DNA of 64,000 bases. Source: Patescibacteria group bacterium (GTDB lineage: Bacteria; Patescibacteriota; Patescibacteriia; JAXHNJ01). The notes under the pieces were generated by a model. The model was not told the DNA's origin. It searched no databases and saw only the letters and a program-made list of their open reading frames with translations. Within the stretch, counting starts at the first letter, position 1. Each line of letters opens with the position of its first letter. The stretch is from positions 480,660 through 544,659 of the forward strand of contig JAXHNJ010000002.1 in assembly GCA_034520665.1 (NCBI GenBank). Direction: 5' to 3'. A program made the position numbers and the translations under genes. Shown here piece by piece: positions 59,275 through 64,000 of the stretch.

Positions 59275-60529
59275 GAGATTTTTTAATCTTTTTTAGAGCT
59301 AAAATATAACTGGCTGTTTTCAAATCAGTCTGATATTTTTTTGATAAAGTCAAAACTTCTTGAGCCGCTTTAGTTATTTTATCTTTTAATTTTTTATTGA
59401 TTTTTTCTTTTGGCCAGTATTTATCAGAGAGGTTTTGTTGCCATTCAAAATAAGAAACGATTACGCCGCCGGCGTTAGCTAGGATATCCGGAATAACTAT
59501 GATATTTTTTTTCTTTAATATTTCTAAAGCTTCAGTGGTAATGGCACCGTTAGCCATTTCCAGAATTATTTTTGCTTTTATTTTGTGAGCGTTATCTTTG
59601 GTAATGGCTTTTTCCAAAGCGGCCGGGATGAGAATATTACAGGGTTGTTCTAAAATTTTATTATTTTCAAAGTGTTCGTGTTTTTCTTCGTCATGGTCAC
59701 AGACACTGCCTTTTTGATAAATACCATCAACCAAGCCTTCTTTCTTTTTAAACTCCCAGATATGTTGAGGGGTAAAACCTTCTTGAGAAAAAATCTCAGC
59801 CTTAGAATCAGAAAGACCAGTAATTTTAAAACCCTGGTTATAAAGTATTTCGGAAATAATATGACCAACATTGCCAAAGCCCTGAACAATAGTTTTTAAG
59901 CCTTTTTTGTTTATATTTAAATTATTTAATATTTCCTCCAGTACAAAAACTCCGCCCAAGGCCGTCGCTTCCTCGCGCCCTTGGCTGCCGCCCATAGCCA
60001 AGGGTTTGCCGGTAGTAACGGCTAAAGCTTTTTTATCATCTTTAATAATTTTAGCGTATTCACTAACAATCCAAGACATGACCGTAGCGTTAGTGTAAAC
60101 ATCAGGAGCCAGAATATCTTTTTGTGGGCCGATATATTTGGCTATAGCCTGGGTGTATTTTCGGGTTAGTTTTTCTAATTCTTCAAGGCTTAATTTCCGT
60201 GGATCAACTTTTATACCTCCCTTACCGCCGCCATAAGGTAAGTCAGTAACAGCGCATTTTAAGCTCATCCAAAAAGATAAACTAACTACTTCGTCTTGGG
60301 TAACACCTGGATGATATCTTAAGCCGCCTTTGTAAGGGCCTCGTATATTATTATATTGAGAGCGAAAAGCTAAAAAAGTCTTTTCTCCTTTTGATGTTTT
60401 TAATTTTAAGTCAGCTTCAATAACTCGATCAGGTTTTTTTAAAATTTTATATACTTTTTCTAAACTAGCCATCTTAGCCGCTTTTTTGAGCTCTTCTAAG
60501 CTATCAGAGAGAATAGTATTATTTTTCAT
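59264..60529 (-). CDS. gdhA: Glu/Leu/Phe/Val-family amino acid dehydrogenase (glutamate dehydrogenase-like)
   Basis: LPYGGGKGGIKVDP catalytic Lys motif. C-terminal Rossmann GFGNVG. Confidence 0.88.
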   Translation of the reverse strand: MKNNTILSDSLEELKKAAKMASLEKVYKILKKPDRVIEADLKLKTSKGEKTFLAFRSQYNNIRGPYKGGLRYHPGVTQDEVVSLSFWMSLKCAVTDLPYGGGKGGIKVDPRKLSLEELEKLTRKYTQAIAKYIGPQKDILAPDVYTNATVMSWIVSEYAKIIKDDKKALAVTTGKPLAMGGSQGREEATALGGVFVLEEILNNLNINKKGLKTIVQGFGNVGHIISEILYNQGFKITGLSDSKAEIFSQEGFTPQHIWEFKKKEGLVDGIYQKGSVCDHDEEKHEHFENNKILEQPCNILIPAALEKAITKDNAHKIKAKIILEMANGAITTEALEILKKKNIIVIPDILANAGGVIVSYFEWQQNLSDKYWPKEKINKKLKDKITKAAQEVLTLSKKYQTDLKTASYILALKKIKKSLDK

Positions 60530-61712
60530 TTTTATATTTTTTTAAAGCAATTTTCAATATTTGCATCGCTTCTTTTAAAATTTTGGCTTGGTAGACAAAA
60601 GCCAAACGCACCTCATTTTTTCCTTGATCAGGCGAAGCATAAAACCCGCAGGCCGGAGCCAGAAGCAGAGTTTTATTTTTATATTCAAAGTTTGTTAAAA
60701 GCCACTGGCAGAATTTTTCTGAATTATCAACTGGTAAACCAATGATAATATAAAAAGATCCTTCAGGAAAACGATAAGTTAAATTAGGTATTTTTTTAAG
60801 TTCTTCTTTAACTGTTTCTCTTCTTTTTTTATATTCAAGTATTAAATTATTAATGTATTCTTTTGAGTTTTTTAAGAGAGGAATAAAAATCTCCTGTTCT
60901 ATAGTCGGTGAGGAAAGTCGGGCTTGGGCGAACTTAGTTACGTTTTCAATTATTTTTTTATTATAGCTAGCTAAACAGCCAAGTCGGGCCCCGCAGGCGT
61001 TAAATCTCTTGGAAACACTATCAGCTAAAATAATATTTTTTTTAATATTTTTAAAATTAAAAAGACTGTAAAATTTAGAATCACCAAAAACAAATTCTCG
61101 ATAAACTTCGTCATTAATAATAAAAAGATCATACTTTTCTGCCAGTAAAGCTAAAATATTTAATTCTTCTTTAGTGTAAACAGTACCGGTGGGATTATTA
61201 GGATTAGTAATGATGATACCTTTAGTTTTTTTATTTATTCTTTTTTCTATTTCTTCTCTTGGAGGCAGATGAAAACCCTTCTCAATTTTTAAAGTTATAG
61301 GATTTAATTTAACATCAATCAAAGAAGCAAAACCGTTGTAATTAGTATAAAAAGGTTCAAAAACAATTATCTCCTCGCCAGCATCGGCAATAGCAGCCAT
61401 GGCAAAAATAATAGCTTCGGAACCGCCGGTAGTAACAACAATCTCATCATTTTTAAAATCAAGTCCTGAATCTATTAAATATTTCTGCCAGGCCTTAATC
61501 ACCTGAGGTAGGCCTTGAGAAGGAGCATAACAAATTACCTCTCTTTTATAATTTTTTATTTCTTGGCGCACTATTTTTGGTAATTCAATATCAGGCTGGC
61601 CAATATTTAGTTTTATTACCTCTCGCCCTTTTTTTTCGGTCTGGTTAGCCAGAGGATAGAGTTTACGAATAGGCGAGGCTTGAATATTTAAACCTCTTTT
61701 TGAAAGTTTCAT
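60519..61712 (-). CDS. class I/II PLP-dependent aminotransferase
   Basis: SVSKRFNACGARLG PLP-Lys motif. Fold type I. Confidence 0.82.
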   Translation of the reverse strand: MKLSKRGLNIQASPIRKLYPLANQTEKKGREVIKLNIGQPDIELPKIVRQEIKNYKREVICYAPSQGLPQVIKAWQKYLIDSGLDFKNDEIVVTTGGSEAIIFAMAAIADAGEEIIVFEPFYTNYNGFASLIDVKLNPITLKIEKGFHLPPREEIEKRINKKTKGIIITNPNNPTGTVYTKEELNILALLAEKYDLFIINDEVYREFVFGDSKFYSLFNFKNIKKNIILADSVSKRFNACGARLGCLASYNKKIIENVTKFAQARLSSPTIEQEIFIPLLKNSKEYINNLILEYKKRRETVKEELKKIPNLTYRFPEGSFYIIIGLPVDNSEKFCQWLLTNFEYKNKTLLLAPACGFYASPDQGKNEVRLAFVYQAKILKEAMQILKIALKKYKNEK

Positions 61713-62665
61713 GAATTCCCCTTTCTTTTTCCCCAGTCAATAAAACCGCCTTTAGCTAAACCTTTTTGTTGGAGATATTTATGAGCTGACAGAGCGGCTT
61801 TAGCTCCCTGGCCGGCTGAAATAACTATTTGTTTATAAGAGGTATTAGTGACATCACCAGCCGCAAAAATTCCTTCTTCACTGGTGCGACAGTCTTGGTC
61901 AATAACAATTTGATTTTTTTTATCTAGTTTGACTATATCTTTAATAAAATCAGCCTTAACCTCAAAACCAATTTCTATAAAAACCCCTTCTACTTCTATT
62001 TCTTTTTCCTTATTTTCTTGATTAATAATTAGTTTATTAACGCTGTCATTGCCTTTAATTTCTTTAGCTTGGGCCTTATAAATTACTTCAATTTTTTTAT
62101 TATCCAAAACTTGTTTGGCTAGTACGTTTTCACCCCGAAATTTATCACGCCGGTGTATTAAGTATACTTTTGGAGAATTTTTAGCTAAAAGTAAGGCAGC
62201 TTCTAAAGCTGAATTACCGCCGCCAATAACTGACACAATTTTTTCTTTATAAAGCGGAGCGTCACAGGTAGCACAGTAAACTACGCCTTTACCCATATAT
62301 TTATCTTCACCGGGTACATTTAAATGGCGATGTGAAAGCCCAAAAGCTAAAATAACAGCATGTCCCTGATAGGATTCATGGCTGCTGGTTTTAAGATTAA
62401 ATTTTTCTTTATCCTTTTTAATTTTTTTTACTTCAGCTATTTTTATCTCGGCTCCAAACTTTTTAGCTTGATTCATAAAGTTAAGCATCAGATTCGGTCC
62501 TTCAATTTTATTGATACCAGGATAATTTTCGACAATATGAGTAGTGGCTGTTTGGCCGCCAATATCTTGGGAAAGAACCAGTGGGTTAAGACTGCGCCGG
62601 GAAGCATAAAGAGCGGCGGTTAAACCAGCTGAACCAGCGCCAACAATAATTACGTCATAGATCAT
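61709..62665 (-). CDS. trxB: thioredoxin reductase
   Basis: GAGSAG FAD motif. CATCDA redox-active disulfide. NADPH GGGNSA motif. Confidence 0.9.
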   Translation of the reverse strand: MIYDVIIVGAGSAGLTAALYASRRSLNPLVLSQDIGGQTATTHIVENYPGINKIEGPNLMLNFMNQAKKFGAEIKIAEVKKIKKDKEKFNLKTSSHESYQGHAVILAFGLSHRHLNVPGEDKYMGKGVVYCATCDAPLYKEKIVSVIGGGNSALEAALLLAKNSPKVYLIHRRDKFRGENVLAKQVLDNKKIEVIYKAQAKEIKGNDSVNKLIINQENKEKEIEVEGVFIEIGFEVKADFIKDIVKLDKKNQIVIDQDCRTSEEGIFAAGDVTNTSYKQIVISAGQGAKAALSAHKYLQQKGLAKGGFIDWGKRKGNS

Positions 62666-62680
62666 AATCTTTATATGAGT

Positions 62681-63004
62681 TTAGATATATTTATTTAGCT
62701 GTTCAATTAAATTTTCTTTTTGCTGAAGACCAACTCCTTGCCAGACTGCTTCACCTTCTTTGAAAATAATTAAAGTAGGAATACTTTTAATTTGGAATTT
62801 TTCTGCTATTTTTGGATTTTTATCAATTTCTATTTTGGTAATTTTGGCTTTGTCTTTTATTTCTTCAGCCATTTCTTCTAAAATCGGACCCTGCATTTTA
62901 CAGGGACCACACCACTGGGCCCAAAAATCAACTAGGACTGGCTTATCTTTTTCTTTTAAAACCTCCTCTTCAAAATTTTGATCGTTTAATTCGATTTCTG
63001 ACAT
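62681..63004 (-). CDS. trxA: thioredoxin
   Basis: WAQWCGPCKM active site. Confidence 0.92.
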   Translation of the reverse strand: MSEIELNDQNFEEEVLKEKDKPVLVDFWAQWCGPCKMQGPILEEMAEEIKDKAKITKIEIDKNPKIAEKFQIKSIPTLIIFKEGEAVWQGVGLQQKENLIEQLNKYI

Positions 63005-63023
63005 AATAAAATCTCCTTTATTA

Positions 63024-63281
63024 TTATTTTATCTTAAATAAATGACTAGTGATTTTTTCAAGATTATTCAGCTTTTTATGGCAATTGCTTTTTTTACCAG
63101 TAAAACAACTAGAAGTTTCATCCTGCAAAATAGTTAAACAAATTTTTTCAATAGAAGAACGGGCGGCTAAAAGCTGTTGAAGTATTTCCTGGCAGTCTCT
63201 TTTATTTTTAACCATTTTTTCTATGCCTTGAATTTGCCCTGAAGTCCGGTGCAATCTTGAAATAATTGGTTGCTGTTTCAT
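63024..63281 (-). CDS. CsoR/RcnR/CstR-family (DUF156) sensing transcriptional repressor
   Basis: RLHRTSGQIQGIEKMVKNKRDCQEILQQLLAARSSIEKI matches the four-helix-bundle family signature. Conserved Cys30 and Cys59 spaced as in CstR. Confidence 0.78.
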   Translation of the reverse strand: MKQQPIISRLHRTSGQIQGIEKMVKNKRDCQEILQQLLAARSSIEKICLTILQDETSSCFTGKKSNCHKKLNNLEKITSHLFKIK

Positions 63282-63325
63282 AATTTTAACTTATTTTTAT
63301 TAATAAATAAAGAATTAATTATTAA

Positions 63326-63378
63326 TATACTAGGGGGGAGTATATTAAAATAATAATAAAATTTAAATAATTAGTCAA
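63326..63378 (-). promoter_or_regulatory. promoter TTGACT-17-TATTAT with overlapping G-tract operator TACT-A-GGGGGG-AGTA
   Basis: -35 is the RC of 63373-63378, -10 the RC of 63350-63355. Palindrome AATATACTAGGGGGGAGTATATT at 63324-63346 resembles RcnR/CsoR type-1 operators (TACT-G6-N-AGTA). Confidence 0.6.
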
Positions 63379-63497
63379 GTAATAGAAATAATTGTGAATA
63401 AAGGTTGTAAGTAGGACTGGTTTTGAAAAAATATAATTAGCATTTTTATAATTTTAGTTTAATAAAAAAGACTCCACTATTTTGGTGAAGTCTTTTT

Positions 63498-63574
63498 TGG
63501 TGGACCCAACAGGAATCGAACCTGCGACCTCCTCCATGCCATGGAGGCGCTCTAGCCAACTGAGCTATGGGCCC
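63498..63574 (-). tRNA. tRNA-Ala (anticodon GGC)
   Basis: Same body as tRNA-Ala(UGC) with G3:U70. Anticodon stem CCTCC/GGAGG, loop ATGGCAT, CCA encoded. Terminator hairpin 63468-63497 follows on the minus strand. Confidence 0.9.
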
Positions 63575-63595
63575 AAATATTAATTATTTACCGTG

Positions 63596-63797
63596 AGCCT
63601 ATTCTAGCCTCAGCCAAAGGCTCATCCGTTCTTTAGTGGAGATCCGCCTCGGGCGGAAACTGAGCTATTGACTCAAAGATAGAAACGGGCCGTCTAGCTC
63701 TCGTTTTGCCAAGAAAGAAACGGATTCTCAAAGTTTAAGTTGAACTTTATTTCGCCCCTCCTCTGAGAGGCGTAACAGAACTATTATTTATGGGCCC
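63596..63797 (-). repeat. GC-rich structured segment upstream of tRNA-Ala(GGC) containing dispersed tRNA-Ala 5-prime fragments
   Basis: Minus strand: GGGCCCATA (RC of 63789-63797), then about 120 nt, ATAGCTCAGTT, then about 85 nt, then the intact tRNA. Hairpins GTGAGCCT...AGGCTCAT and GGAGATCCGCCTCGGGCGGA. Confidence 0.5.
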
Positions 63798-63885
63798 GTC
63801 TTTATAAAATTATAGATTATTAAATAAAATAAATCAATATCAAACATACTTGGTCTGATATTGATTTATATAAATATTATCTTTT

Positions 63886-64000
63886 AAACCTCTCCAGTAT
63901 ATCTCTGGCAAATTCCTTTCCTCCAAGACCAAAAGCCAGACCACCAGCTAGAGCGATCATTACTATAAAACCCTGGAAAAGGATAGTGATTAGATTTTGA
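63886..64000 (-). CDS. hypothetical small membrane protein, C-terminal part only (N-terminus beyond window end)
   Basis: Minus frame ...IVMIALAGGLAFGLGGKEFARDILERFKR stop at 63886-63888. Preceded downstream by AT-rich hairpin 63836-63872. Confidence 0.3.

Overview
This window is an AT-rich (about 30% GC) bacterial chromosome segment with hallmarks of a Candidate Phyla Radiation / Patescibacteria-type genome. It carries a 16S rRNA gene of about 1.58 kb with expansion insertions and no 23S gene within 2 kb downstream. Many housekeeping proteins (GyrA, L32, S16, S1, NusA, FtsH, L19) carry Lys/Glu-rich low-complexity tails. The gene content is mostly core machinery: rplS, rluD-like, cca, ftsH, rpsA-like, gyrA, rpmF, nusB, rnc, smc, rpsP, KH protein, trmD, tig, nusA, rnhB, gdh, an aminotransferase, trxB and trxA. 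It also holds transporters (P-type ATPase, cation/H+ antiporter, MFS, H+-pyrophosphatase), several GT-C-like polytopic membrane proteins, methyltransferases, a type IV pilin-like protein and a pyrF-pyrE pair. I call 11 intact tRNA genes: Ala-UGC, Val-UAC, Leu-GAG, Val-GAC, Ile-UAU, Ile-GAU, Phe-GAA, Pro-UGG, Gly-UCC, Leu-UAA, Gly-GCC, Cys-GCA and Ala-GGC (Val counted twice). The most unusual signal is that nearly every tRNA locus is surrounded by partial tRNA copies that break in the anticodon loop. Some of these copies bracket small GIY-YIG nuclease ORFs. Some carry a 53-54 nt inverted-repeat-bounded mini-element inserted at tRNA position 10/11. Many 3-prime-fragment copies replace the T-arm with a conserved GTCTCC(C)-N3-4-GGGAGAC hairpin. 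Together this points to a recurrent, probably mobile-element-driven remodelling of tRNA genes that I cannot assign to a described system. Other candidates are a GC-rich promoter-to-terminator sRNA between gdh and rnhB, and a cluster of five distinct GC hairpins in an 815-bp non-coding gap. There is also a small Zn-ribbon protein locus with tandem leader terminators and an aromatic-rich mini-ORF, a CsoR/CstR-like repressor with a TACT-N-G6-AGTA operator ahead of trxA-trxB, and two frameshifted genes. All calls rest on reading the sequence and motif memory; no database searches were run.
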